A stretch of 64,000 nt of DNA from Octopus sinensis (GCF_006345805.1 NC_043000.1:22258001-22322000); one strand, 5' to 3'. Counted from the first letter of the stretch, positions 1 to 12,781 are shown. The notes: generated from the sequence alone by a model not told the origin. A program made the numbers and translations.

Positions 1-790
1 CATCGGTTTTCATGTGGCAGGTGTAGGGATAAACACAGACACAAAATCACACACATTCATTCACATACTTATACGTATACAATGGAATTCTACACAGTTT
101 CTGCCTTCCAAATTCACTCACAAGGCATTAGTCGGTCCGGGGCGTGAAATCTTTTTCCCACGAGAGTTCCGGGCCTCAGCTATGAACTCATTTGCATAGA
201 GCAAATCAGAGCTCAACTATCAAACTAATTTATGAGCGCACAACAAGTGATAGGCAATAAGATAAGGTCACTTGGATAAGGAATGACCATGCTTCTTTTC
301 TCTTTTAATAATGCTTGTTGTTCTTGTTTTTGTTCTTGTTTGAACCATGGCTGCCTCTACGTAGTTATTTGTATTGTTGTTTACCTTGTAAAACAGTAAG
401 TTGCGAGCACATGACCCTCTATCCATGTTCTTCCCATCCACATCTTTACCACATGGGGCCCTAATAAAATCCGGTAATTGGTATAGATGCAAATCTATCA
501 AATTACTTGTCTCTTAAAATTAGGCATAACTTGGCGATCGGTCGACTTAAAACACCGTTCTTCGTCTTGAGTTTGCTTGACAGAGTGTGTTTGTTAACTT
601 GACATGGTCAAGATGAGCTCTCATTGGCTGTATGCAAATGCGTTCATTACTGGGGTCCGGAACTCTCGTGGGAAAAAATTTAGTGCCCGGGACTATAGAA
701 GAGGATACTTCCCCAAAGTACCTCGCAGTGGGACTGAACCCAAGACCACGTGGCTACAAAACGAATTTCTTAATCACACAACCATGCCTG
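1..790 (-). mobile_element. Old CORE-like tRNA SINE (family B), interrupted by a TIR element
   Basis: Diverged family B motifs (cactcacaaggc at about 113-126; actatagaagaggatacttcccc and gggactgaacc at about 692-740) are split by the 143-685 insertion. Confidence 0.65.
143..685. mobile_element. Non-autonomous DNA transposon (MITE) with about 70-bp TIRs
   Basis: 143-214 (tttttcccacgagagttccggg...gagctc) is the reverse complement of 615-685 at about 85% identity; it is inserted in a SINE. Confidence 0.75.
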
Positions 791-797
791 CACCTAT

Positions 798-941
798 CGA
801 GGTCGACTTTGCCTTTCATCCTTTCGGGGTCGACAAATTAAGTACCAGTTACACACTGGGGTCGATGTAATCGACTTAATCCCTTTGTCTGTCCTTGTTT
901 GTCCCCTCTGTGTTTAGCCCCTTGTGGGTAGTAAAGAAATA
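798..941 (+). mobile_element. SINE family A, 5'-truncated
   Basis: Body gtcgactttgcctttcatcctttcggggtcg and tail ending aaagaaata, shared with many copies in the window. Confidence 0.85.
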
Positions 942-1244
942 TATATTAATTCTTTTTATGTTAAATTTACTTATTTATATTTAATTAAGTTTGCCTTCAG
1001 TAAGGTTTATATTCAACTTTGTAACGGTATCTGGTAAATTCATCGCAGGAAGAGATGTCGCCTGTAATTTCATTGCGAACCAAATACGTCGTCGATAAAT
1101 TCATCGTCATGCCACATACATCGTTGGTAAATACATTGCTCTGTTTTTTTAACCGCAGAGTAAATACTTCGTTGAATGTTTAAATTTTTTTTATTCGCAG
1201 AATAAAAAAACGTTACATTTTATCAACAACAAAACAGAAATTTC

Positions 1245-1275
<31 letters not shown>

Positions 1276-1572
1276 AAAAAACTTATATCAAATTTATTCA
1301 ATACATATACGAAGAAAAAAAAGAAAAAGAAAATTTACTTTTAAAAAATGAATCTAAAAAGAAAATACGTAGTAAAAAGGAGATAGCATTATTTTAAATT
1401 GGAGGGAGGAAGAAGCATTCTAAAAAGATATGGGCGATAGATCAATAGCTCTTAAATAATTGAATATTTCGAGATTTTTGTTATTCATTGATGATGCATT
1501 GAATTCTTTCTGCTCTATTATTATAATAGGATCTTTTCTTATAATATTTCTTAGTGATATGGAATGCCTGCA

Positions 1573-2765
1573 TCATTGATATATAGTTGTAGTATTACGT
1601 TTTTTTTTTACTGTTGATTTTTCAAAATAACTGAAAATTTCCCAGATTGCTGGATGTGATTTTTCGTTCAATCTACTGAATGATTGGTGCCAAATTTCAC
1701 AAGAATTATTTGTTTTAGAGGCACCTTTCAATGCTACAGAAAATCTAATTCCAAAGCGTATGACCATCGTAAAGTCGAGCAGTGGACAAGGCGACAGTTT
1801 GTGCATCCAAACCACATATTCTCTACATAATCTAAGAATTATTTGTTTTAGAGGCACCTTTCAATGCTACAGAAAATCTAATTCCAAAGCGTATGACCAT
1901 CGTAAAGTCGAGCAGTGAACAAGGCGACAGTTTGTGCATCCAAACCACATATTCTCTACATAATCTAAGAATTATTTGTTTTAGAGGCACCTTTCAATGC
2001 TACAGAAAATCTAATTCCAAAGTGTATGACCATCGTAAAGTCGAGCAGTGGACAAAGCGACAGTTTGTGCATCCAAACCACATATTCTCTACATAATCTA
2101 AGAATTATTTGTTTTAGAGGCACCTTTCAATGCTACAGAAAATCTAATTCCAAAGCGTATGACCATCGTAAAGTCGAGCAGTGGACAAGGCGACAGTTTG
2201 TGCATCCAAACCACATATTCTCTACATAATCTAAGAGCGGTTGGTCTTCTTAAAGGAAGCTGTAATTGTTGCATAAGTATTCGAAAGAAATTTACAACAT
2301 TTAAAACTAATATAAATGCAATGACTACAACTGTGTGCACCTCCAATGCAAATTCTGCGAGATTTTCGTATTGTTGTCACAGGCGTTTGTTTGAAAAGAT
2401 CAAAATACACAAGGGAGAAATGGGAAGTCAAAAATCATTTGAGATGAATTTGGAGAAAATATTCTAACAGCATTATTGACCACTCGTTGATAATCTTTCG
2501 AAATCATGTTAGGCAATTAGGTTGGTCAAAGGATTTCAGTTATGAAAAAAGTCTTCGGTTGTGTTTCCTTTTTCCCTCTGGGACTTATGTGTGCCATTCA
2601 ATTTATATATTTATTGTAAGGGCTGTGTGATGTACTGAAGAACCATTCTCGTCACTTCGCATCGCACGGTCCTTACAGCGTTTTATGATATTGGTCACAT
2701 TTCCAAGTAACGCGTTTCACACTTTGCCCTCACAAATAGAAGGCTGTATTCAATAAATTTTTTTT
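1573..2765 (-). pseudogene. Mutator-like (MULE) transposase relic with FLYWCH-type zinc finger
   Basis: Minus-strand fragments: VTWKCDQYHK/KRCKDRA...VHH (about 2620-2715, FLYWCH-like); QQYENLAEFALEVH..IAFILVLNVVNFFRIL; LLDYVENMW; KTNNSCEIWHQSFSRLNEKSHPAIW (typical MULE C-terminal RTNNxxEGWH motif). Many stops and frameshifts. Confidence 0.75.
1701..2232. repeat. Tandem repeat, 4 x 133 bp, inside the MULE relic
   Basis: Unit aagaattatttgttttagagg...ctacataatct starts at 1701, 1834, 1967 and 2100, with only about 3 substitutions among copies. Confidence 0.95.
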
Positions 2766-2900
2766 TCTTGATTTGCTCAGATAAAATTTTGGAAAGCTAT
2801 TTTGGAGTGTTTAACTTCTTTTTAATTTTAAACTACTAGACAATATATGCATGATAAAAAGAACATGTACATGTGTGTATATATATATATGTACGTATGT

Positions 2901-3131
2901 GGCGGCGAGCTGGCAGAAACGTTAGCACGCCGGGTGAAATGCGTAGCCGTATTTCGTCTGCCGTTACGTTCTGAGTTCAAATTCCGCCGAGGTCGACTTT
3001 GCCTTTCATCCTTTCGGGGTCGATAAATTAAGTACCAGTTATGCACTGGGGTCGATATAATCGACTTAATACCTATGTCTGTCCTTGTTTGTCCCCTGTG
3101 TGTTTAGCCCCTTGTGGGAAGTAAAGAAATA
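2901..3131 (+). mobile_element. SINE family A, full length
   Basis: tRNA-like A box (tggcagaaacg) and B box (gagttcaaattcc), conserved body, aaagaaata tail. Confidence 0.9.
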
Positions 3132-3944
3132 TATATATGTACGTATGTGTGTGCGTGTGTGTATGTGTATGTGTGTGTGTGAATGAATATATGTACATAT
3201 TGAAATATATGGAGGTGGTAAATGTGTACGAAAAACTGCTTCCTTAATTAAAATTTTTGCATATTTCCAATATTCTGTTTTATTTAATTATTAAATTCTG
3301 CAAAGCAAAATTAGCAGATTTTTAGTAAAACATATCGTCTGACAACGTCTTAACATTTAATTTCAAAGCTGTAACTTGTTCAATTTGACATTTTGGTTGT
3401 TTGAGAATGAAAATGGCTTACACAATCTCCAGCTGAAGTTTATGTATTTGTTTCAATGTTTAAATCCGTTAGGAATATACAGTATTCCACTAACCATTAA
3501 GTAAACACGCCCCAAGAATTTCTTTTAGGATGCAACACAGGTGTCTTTATTCTGACAATTCACTCTGTGCGAAATGTTTATTGTGGGTCTCGTGAAGATA
3601 AGCAGTATAAATTTCAAGAAGCAGAAGAAAGACAGCTCATTGGGAAGTGTTTATGTGTTGAATTAGTAAAAGTAAGTATATTAAAAAGACGATGGACGAT
3701 GGAACCAGAATCTGCGGGTTGTAGATTAAAGAAGCTTTTATTATGTTTGTTGTTTTTTTTTGTTATGTATTTCAACATTAAGAAATGGCGTAGCGTTGGA
3801 GCAGGGCTGCACGCTTAAATTGGCAACCCTTAATGCAATTTATTTCAGATAGAAAGTTTAAATGGAAAGAAAACGGATGACAAAATAAATATTCCGAACT
3901 ATTACTTAACTTTATGTATGTATGTGTGTATGTGTGTGTGTGCG

Positions 3945-3994
<50 letters not shown>

Positions 3995-4091
3995 ACCAAT
4001 TCGAGAAGGTTAGTTCTATAGAGAAATAACCGCGTGAGGTCTGGTAGGGTCGGTTAAACAGCAATATAAGCTTCCAGGGCAAGGCAATGCA

Positions 4092-4122
4092 TTGGGGGAA
4101 TATATATATAAATATACATACA

Positions 4123-4154
<32 letters not shown>

Positions 4155-4264
4155 CATACATACATACATACATACATACATAATACATACATACATATAT
4201 ATATATATATAATATATATATGTGTGTGTGTGTGTGTGTGTATATATATTATATTTTATTATAT

Positions 4265-4345
<81 letters not shown>
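4092..4345. repeat. Compound (TACA)n/(TG)n/(TA)n microsatellite; one of many such arrays (also 4919-5116, 20135-20500, 39650-40060, 63780-63925)
   Basis: Seen directly in the sequence; these arrays account for the YIYI/CVCV/MYVC ORFs. Confidence 0.97.
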
Positions 4346-4348
<3 letters not shown>

Positions 4349-4915
4349 TCACTAATCGATAGCCACAGAATGCATAGATTAATATTACCCCCAACGTGCC
4401 ACCCCACCCTCAAACGGCACCGTGTAAATCATCAGAACATTTGAGGACTAACATATGCTGCAATTTTGAAGTTTTTTTTTTCTTTTCTGTTGAGTTGGTT
4501 CATGACTAGAGACGGTGAGGTAGAAGAACAAGTGTGTTCCTTTGATATGAGAAAAAAGAATTGAGTCTTTATGCTGTCGTCTCCATTTAATACGAGTTAT
4601 GTGTGACGGTGTCATTCACAAGTTTCCACTCGTTATCTGCTTCACCTTCAACGGACACTGATGGATATCTAACTTTAATATTGCTTTATTTCCATCTACA
4701 ATACTTTTGTTTCATTGAATTTAGTTTGTACAATTGCAACCCATAAACTATATTTAATAAATGGCTTTGAAGATGTTACGGCTTTACTTGAAAATGTTGA
4801 TCCAGCAAATGAAGCATAAAAAATATGCGTAATAATTTAAAGGAATTATTACTTAAAATTTCATGCCTCAAATAGCAATGTAATAAAAATAAACTGATTT
4901 CCTTAATATCAATAT

Positions 4916-5121
<206 letters not shown>

Positions 5122-5661
5122 CAAATGTATGCAGGATATATGTACAAGTACAAATTTATGTATGTGTTCGTGATGGAAAGAGAATAGATGAGAAAGCAGA
5201 TAAATCTTGATTTGTTTTGATTGATGTTTAACTATTATTGCAGCATCCAGCAAACTGATCAGAAGAAAGGAGCTTAGTTTTATTAAATTTTGGAAATGTT
5301 GAGGAAACTAAAATATTTTAAGGGTTTCTTTCGGCGAATGGAAATAAGATTTCTCTTCATGATATAGAGAAAGAGGATGGACGAGGGGAACGGCAACAAT
5401 AAAACGGAAGTAAAACATCTTAATGTTCTCCTTAAACTCAACAATTGTTATTATGTGTTACTTAAGAATATACGAGTAACTGCAAGTATTGCAGTGTGGT
5501 TAAAATGCGCCCACGTGGTTCTCGGTTCGATTCCGCTGCAAAGTTACTCGGGAAAGTAACTTCTCCGTAACCTCAAGGTGACCAATGCCTCACAAGTGGA
5601 ATTTTATAGATGTGAACTGTGCAGAAACCTGTTGAATAGACTCAATTCAGTTACTCCCATA

Positions 5662-6008
5662 GGCCTGAAATTTGGGGGGAGGGGGCAGTCGATTAGATCG
5701 ATCCAGTATGCAACTGGTACTTAATTTACGGACCCCCGAAAGGATGAAAGGCAAAGTCGACCTCGGCGGAATTTGAACTCAGACCATAAAGACAGACGAA
5801 ATACCTATTTCTTAACTACCCACAAGGGGCTAAACACAGAGGGGACAAACAAGGACAGACAAACGGATTAAGTCGATTATATCGACCCCAGTGCGTAACT
5901 GGTACTTATTTAATCGACCCTGAAAGGATGAAAGGCAAAGTCGACCTCGGCGGAATTTGAACTCAGAACGTAACGGCAGACGAAATACGGTTACGCATTT
6001 CGCCCGGC
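5662..6008 (-). mobile_element. SINE family A dimer
   Basis: One monomer joined at aagaaata|ggtatttcgtc to a second body with a different tail. Confidence 0.9.
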
Positions 6009-6253
6009 AATGTGTGGTGTGGTGGGCAATGATAAACCACGAAATATGCCACAACCTTTGTATGTTCTGTAAAGCCACCAGAAGACAAATATGGCTTGAT
6101 GATCTTTCCAGGAAACTTTACGATATGAAATAAAATAGGTAACGTTTCAACTCAACATTAATAATATTTATTCAACATTTTTATAGCGTTACGTTTATGA
6201 ATTTGTTTTGTAAGATTCCTGATGTGAAATCGTGTGTTGAAACAGATATTGTT

Positions 6254-6568
6254 ATATTTCGGGACGGTCATTTTTATTTTCTTGCCAAATAAACACACGC
6301 ACTATATATATATTCGTTCTTTACTCGTTTATTATTGTTTTTATTTTATCTTAGGTCCATTGTCTGGAAATCTTTCGTCACACACCTGTAACCTCTGCAG
6401 TGACTCTGCCATCCGACGTGTCTCCTTCTGTTCTGTTTAGTCCATTATGTCTTTCTACGGTGTCACCATAGAAAGACAATGTAAGATAGTATAAGAACAA
6501 TAATAAACGAGTAAAGAACGAATAGTGTTTGGCAAGAAAAGAAAAAACAAATGACCGTCCCGAAATAT
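6254..6568. mobile_element. MITE with about 90-100-bp TIRs
   Basis: 6254-6354 (atatttcgggacggtcattt...tatcttag) is inverted relative to 6481-6568 (gtaagatagt...gaccgtcccgaaatat). Confidence 0.85.
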
Positions 6569-7374
6569 TACAAAAAAGTAAATAAACACCCTTGAAAGAT
6601 AGGGGGGGTACCGGGTTAGGGGTAGGAGGAATTAAAATTTTAAAATACCGATTTTTTTTGCAGATTCGGAATCTCCGCAGTCGGAAAAATGGGTTTCGGT
6701 AGAAAAAAAAGAAAAGAATAAAAAGCAGAAAAGGGATGCGGTCTATGTCCTTTACCTCCGCCCCATAATGTATCCCTTGGGACAGTGACGTAGCGAGACT
6801 GTGTGTCGCTCGAACAAGCCATTAACTTTTCCCTCCACCCTACGTAGTGATTGCTTCTAAAAGTGCCGCTCCAACAAAATCATCGCCCTGGGCGGCCGTC
6901 CCCCTTGTCCCCTACACCCAACTACGTTACAGCTCTTGTATGCCGTTAGCAGAGTCCACTTAATGTCTCCCGGTGTCAAGATAACCCATGCATCGTGTTA
7001 TTTTTCCTCCCCACCCATCGTTATAGACGTACTTACTGCCCTTCCTTTTCTGACTAAGCCATACATAATTAAAAAATCGACGCTTCACTCATGAATAGTC
7101 AGAACCTATCCCACAACAGGTGGATGCTTCATGGTTTGAGTCATGCTTTTAGAATTACGTGAGTTCGAGTTATCATAAAGCTATCACGTTGCAAATATTT
7201 TGTAGATATAGAATATTGCGCCGAAAACATAAAGAAACAAAAGTAAATAAGTTAAAAAACAAAAAAAAAAAAAAAACGATAGAAAGGCACGGCTAATTTC
7301 AGCGGGTATAATATGTTAATATTTCCTTGATAAGACTTGTGCCAGTAAGAAATCAATATTTCTATGAAGGCAAG

Positions 7375-7738
7375 ACGGCGAGCTGGCAGAATCGTTAGCA
7401 CGCCGGGCGAAATGCGTAACCGTATTTCGTCTGCCGTTACGTTCTGAGTTCAAATTCCGCCGAGGTCGACTTTGCCTTTCATCCTTTCAGGGTCGATTAA
7501 ATAAGTACCAGTTACGCACTGGAGTCGATATAATCGACTTAATCTGTTTGTCTGTCCTTGTTTGTTCCCTCTGTATTTAGCCCCTTGTGGGTAGTTAAGA
7601 AATAGGTATTTCGTCTGTCTTTATGGTCTGAGTTCAAATTCCGCCGAGGTCGACTTTGCCTTTCATCCTTTCGGGGGTCGAATCGACTGCCCCCTCCCCC
7701 CAAATTTCAGGCCTTGTGCCTAGAGTAGAAAAGAATAT
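7375..7738 (+). mobile_element. SINE family A dimer
   Basis: Same dimer structure as 5662-6008, in the opposite orientation. Confidence 0.9.
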
Positions 7739-7751
7739 TTCTATGAAGTCA

Positions 7752-8175
7752 AGGCGGCGAGCTGGCAGAAACGTTGGCACGCCGGGCGAAATGCTTAGTG
7801 GCATTTCGCCCGTTTTTACGTTCTGAGTTCAAATTCTGCCAAGGTCGACTTTACCCTTTATCCCTTTAGGGGTGGTTAAAATAAGTACCAGTTGAGCACT
7901 GGGGTAAATGTAATCAACTTACCCCTCCCCAGAAATACTGGCCTTGTACCAAAATAGGAAACCAATATTGCTTAGATTTAATGCAGCGAGCTGGCAGAAT
8001 CGTTAACACACCGGGCGAAATGCTTAGCGGCATTTCGTCCATCTTTACGTTCTGAGTTCAAATTCCACCGTGGTCTACTTTACCTTTTATCCTTTCAGAA
8101 TCGATAAAATATTAGTTGAGCACTAACTCCCTCCTCCGAACTTGTCCTTGTACCAAAATTTGGAACCAATATTTC
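7752..8175 (+). mobile_element. Two tandem older family-A-related SINE copies
   Basis: Heads ggcgagctggcagaa at about 7756 and 7986; older tail ...ggccttgtaccaaaa. Confidence 0.8.
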
Positions 8176-8454
8176 CTAGATTAGCCTTGTGCCTGTTAAA
8201 AAAATCAATATTTATATGAAGAGTGTGAGCTGGGCACTTTGCGATGTAGTTAATTTCATGTGTAGGTCGGTGTGCAAGGGAGAAGAAAAGTGGCTGGGAA
8301 AGGATTTCTGGGGATTGCAATTTGATGGGGAAGGACTGCATAAACGGTTTAGTGTGTCTGGGAAGTAGATGCAATAAGAGTGACGGGTGGAGTCAGGGCT
8401 GTCTTAACAGCATTATAAGCCCCTGGGTAAATCAATGTACTGGGCTCTATAGTC

Positions 8455-8836
8455 TTTTACTCTTTTACTTGTTTCAGTCATTTGACTGTGGCCATACTGG
8501 AGCACCGCCTTTAGTCGAGCAAATCGACCCCAGGACTTCTTTGTAAGCCTAATACTATCGAACCGCTAAGTTACAGGGACGTAACACACCAGCATCGGTT
8601 GTCAAGCGATATTGGAGGAACAAACACGGACACACAAACGTATACACACACACCACACACACACACACACATACGACGGACTTCTTTCAGTTTCCGTCTA
8701 TCAAATCCACTCACAAGGCTTTGGTCGGCCCGAGGATATAGTAGAAGACACTTGCCCAAGGTACCACGCACTGGGACTGAACTCGGAACCATGTGGTTGG
8801 TAAGCCAGCTACTTACCACACAGCCGCTCCTATGCC
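8455..8836 (-). mobile_element. CORE-like tRNA SINE family B, full length
   Basis: On minus: tRNA-like head, cttgggcaagtgtcttc (CORE-like), internal (TG)n, tail ...ggtgctccag..tggccacagtcaaatgactgaaacaagtaaaagag. Confidence 0.9.
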
Positions 8837-9110
8837 TAAATAGTATTTATTTATTGAAAGCAAGCTACAATATACATAGGTCAGAATTAGGCCCTTAGAC
8901 CTGTTGGGCCCTAAGGCATCTTCCCAGTAAGCCCATGCCTTAACTCTCTCAGAATTGGGCCCATGTGTCTAACTTTACCCTCTACTTGGGCTCCCGAGTA
9001 AAAAGATAAATAGTTGCATATACAGTTCAAGTGTAACGATTGCAGTCAAACTAATGAACAAAATCGGCTGCATCTTCATTTTCTATGGGTATTGTTCATT
9101 ACTGATTTAC

Positions 9111-9174
9111 CTGAAATCCAGCAGAGATGACGTATAACCTATTTCTGCTATTGCGGGAATACGGTGTGACAGGG
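9111..9174 (-). other. Candidate 64-nt internal exon of an unidentified gene
   Basis: On minus: pyrimidine-rich acceptor ...cccaatgtcttcttAG and donor CAG|GTAAAT; two frames are open (PVTPYSRNSRNRLYVISAGFQ or LSHRIPAIAEIGYTSSLLDF). No homology recognised. Confidence 0.25.
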
Positions 9175-9625
9175 CTAAGAAGACATTGGGAGGAATAAAG
9201 ATGAGTGGGGTGAATAGATTTATTTAGAATAGGTAAGCAGATGGTTATTTCAGAAGAACAGACACCGTTGTTGTAGAGATATATGAAGCAAAGAGAAAGA
9301 CATAGACCCCGCTGATGAGCCAGTGGTTGAAGTCTGTTGGGGAGAGGATATTTTCCACTCAATTAAATTATCTACTTTTGGATGTTTGTGTGTGGAGCTT
9401 CAAAGTCATGAAGGCGTATGGCTTATAGGCTAGGGTATTCAGCTCACAGTTGTGGATTCAATTCTAGGCGGTGTGTCGAGTAAGACACTTTATTTCACGT
9501 TACTCAAAGTCGACCAACTGATGCGAGTCATATTCCAGTGTAGGGTTTCCCGGGGTATTGTAGAGGGTTAGTAGTTGATCAGAACTAAAGTGTTTTTAGG
9601 ATCTCAAAATGAATTCTAGCCTTAG

Positions 9626-9662
<37 letters not shown>

Positions 9663-11002
9663 AAGCAACAAGACGAGTAAGGGTGATTAGGTGATGGTCT
9701 AGGGCTTAGGGGCGGGAGACCTCAGACCTTGGAAAAAAAAACTTTGGTCGTCTTGTTGTAGTCGAGGGCTCTTCGTTGACGCCCGACACCATTGGGAGGT
9801 GGCCCTCGAAGTCACTGGAAATAGAGATCTCCAGGTCCAAATTCTTGAACGGCTAGCCTTAGTGTTGCGGTTTTTTTTGGCAATGCTACACATGTTGGGT
9901 TGACACAATCGATAACAAAATAGGAAATATCACAATCACTCATCTATCACTTTGACTAATTGATCCTTCAATAAAGTTTAAAACATTGTTATTAACGCTT
10001 TCCGAAGTAGTATGGCACAAGTATGAAGTGTGCTAGGATGCCCGATCATCAAGCACCGTTTATTTGTGAATTTACCATCCACTGACGGAAGTAAAATTTG
10101 TGCAAATGCCAACAACAGAAGAGAAAGCATGAATGGAGTAAGTAACAGCACTAAAAATAGACTACACCTTGTCTATTTGGTGTAGGTTTTCCTCTCTCTC
10201 TCTCTCTTTCTCTCAATATTTGTCTATATGCCTGTCTCCTTCTCTCTCCCATTCCATCTCTCTCTCTCCCTCCCTGCAAGCACCAATTCTAAGAACCTAG
10301 CAACTAGATGTCAGTCGTTTGAAAACGAATATCTTCTATCAATGCATATAAATATTACATTCTCTTCAAGAGAAGAAATCACTCGCAGGTAAATTGATAC
10401 ACCGAAAGGTACCTAGGTTCTGTTACTGACAAAAATGTTTACCTTCACTTATTTTTAGAAATCGCTCGTTGCTTCTTTATCACTTTACCTATATACCTTT
10501 ATCTCCAGAATATCCTGCAAACTACATACAGTAAAACAGATGCACACATACATACAACACACACATAGACTCACACTCACACTCACACACACACACACGG
10601 ACAACGCACACACATTGGTTGTATGGTTATAAGGAATTTTTTTCTTATATAAGCAGTCAGAGAAGGGGGAGGGGCAGCGCCCTCCCATCCAGGTGAAGTT
10701 TAATGTGGATGAACATCTGCAGACAAGCATGGGGTCGGGGGACAACGGTTTGTGTGTAAGAGAAAATGAGATGGAAAGAAAGTATGTGTGTATGTGTGTG
10801 TGTATATATACTCTTTTACTTGTTTCAGTCATGTGACTGTGGCTGTGCTGGAGCACTGTCTTTAGTCGAGCAAATCGACCCCAGGACTTCGGGGTCGATA
10901 AAATAAATATCAATCATACACCGGGTGTCGATGTAATCGCCTAACCACCTCCACCCCAAAATTACTGGCCTTGTGCCAAAATCCGAAGCCAATATTATTA
11001 CC

Positions 11003-11219
11003 TATTTCTTTATTACCCACAAGGGGCTAAACACAGAGGGGACAAACAAGGACAGACATAGGTATTAAGTCGATTACATAGACCCCAGTGCGTAACTGGT
11101 ACTTAATTTATCGACCCCGAAAGGATGAAAGGCAAAGTCGACCTCGGCGGAATTTGAACTCAGAACGTAACGGCAGACGAAATACGGTTACGCATTTCGC
11201 CCGGCGTGCTAACGTTTCT
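11003..11219 (-). mobile_element. SINE family A
   Basis: Near-consensus body and tail. Confidence 0.9.
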
Positions 11220-11754
11220 TACCACCATGTTATGGTGTTGAGCAGAGTGACGTGTTATGTGTCCAGTAAGCAACGTAATAAAGAAAAAACAGCTTGGTTA
11301 TGAACAGAACTCGCTATATAGTTTCGATTCAGTTTCAAAATTTGAATAACACTTGCAAATATATGTGAATATGAGGGGAAATAAGTCTTATTTTAATGCT
11401 TCAGTGAGTGTGTATAAGAATTAACCTTTAGTTTCGATTTTTGATTTAAATTATTTCATCATATTTTGTTTTTGGATTTGATTTGCAAGACAACAACAGA
11501 ATATTTCATTATTCATTAAGGTCTTTAATACTATTTCAAAATGAATGACCCCCCACTGAGTTTCCTACTCCCTTTCGCCTAAACAGAAACCAATATGACA
11601 GGAGAAAGACCAGTCCAAATTCTACCGGTGAATGCATCTTGCATCACAACTGGTTAATCAAATCAACCCACGTAATTTGTTACCGTTGATCGTCGCCCCC
11701 ACTAAACACACCAACCTTGATCGGGCAGAATTATATACATATATATATATATGT

Positions 11755-12280
11755 AATAGTAGTAGTAGTAGTAGTAACGATGGTGGTGGAGGCGACGGCG
11801 GCGGTGGTGATGATGAAGGTAGAAGTTATGAAGACGAAGGTCGTGGTGGTGGTGGTGGTGGTGAGACTGTCAGTGATGGTGTTAGGGACGGTGATGGCAG
11901 TGGCGGTGGGGGCGGCGGCGGCGCCGGCGACGGTGGTGATGAGAGTGGAAGTTAAGGAGGAAAGGGAGGGTGTGGTATGCAGTGGTGGTGACGGCGACGA
12001 CGATAGAGGAGGAGGGGTGGTGATGAGGATGGCAGTTATGGTGGAGAGGGAGAGTGTGGTGGTGGTGGTGGTGGTTGTGGTAGTAGTGGCAGACCTAGAG
12101 ATAGTTGTAGTGATGGCCATGAAGGTGGTGAAGCAGCAGAAGTAGTATTAGTATTAGTAGTGGTAGTAGTGGTAGGAGTAAGAATAGTAATAAAGAAAAA
12201 AATGACGGCGGCGGCGGTGGTAGTTTTTGATTGTGGTTGGGGTGGTGGTGGTGGTGGTGGTAGTGGTGGTGGTGGTAGTG

Positions 12281-12314
<34 letters not shown>

Positions 12315-12345
12315 CAGCAGCAGCAGCAACTGCAGTGGTGTAATA
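11755..12345. repeat. GC-rich compound trinucleotide low-complexity tract (GGT/GGC/AGT/AGC)
   Basis: Seen directly in the sequence; gives poly-G/V/T/P ORFs in most frames. Confidence 0.9.
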
Positions 12346-12781
12346 TGTATGAATTGCAGAAATAGCAACAACATCAGAAGAGCCAACCAAGAGTCTGAAC
12401 GTGGTCACCCGACCTGCTAAAAATAGCAGCAAAATCTCCTTCAAGTCACATCTTACTATCTCAAAAACAAAGGGACACATTCGACTACACAATGTCTACA
12501 AAAATAGACGGAATGTTCGCAACAAGAAGCCCTTTAATCATAAATCTGTTTCATTAAGACAGATTTGGGGGTTAAACAACAACCAGGGTATTTGTATGGA
12601 TGGTCCAATGCATTTTTGGTTGTAAAAACCGGATAAAACCGGCAACAGACCGAGCTGATGCGTTTCTGAATGTTATTCTTTTATTATTTTAATTGTTTCA
12701 GTCACTGGGTGACTGCCATGCTACAGCACTGCCATGAAGGGTTTACTCCAGGGGTTCTCAACCATTTTTAAAGTATTTTTT

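Noticed and set aside
1701-2232. CRISPR-like periodicity
   Set aside because: The units are contiguous with no unique spacers, the context is eukaryotic, and there are no cas genes.
9307-9345. CUGAUGAGCCAGUGGUUGAAG hammerhead-like string
   Set aside because: It has GAAG instead of GAAA, an extra base and no stem III.
11632-12492. Multiple 86-142 aa ORFs (poly-G/V/T/P)
   Set aside because: They are translations of GGT/GGC/AGT trinucleotide tracts, open in most frames, with no splice or domain support.
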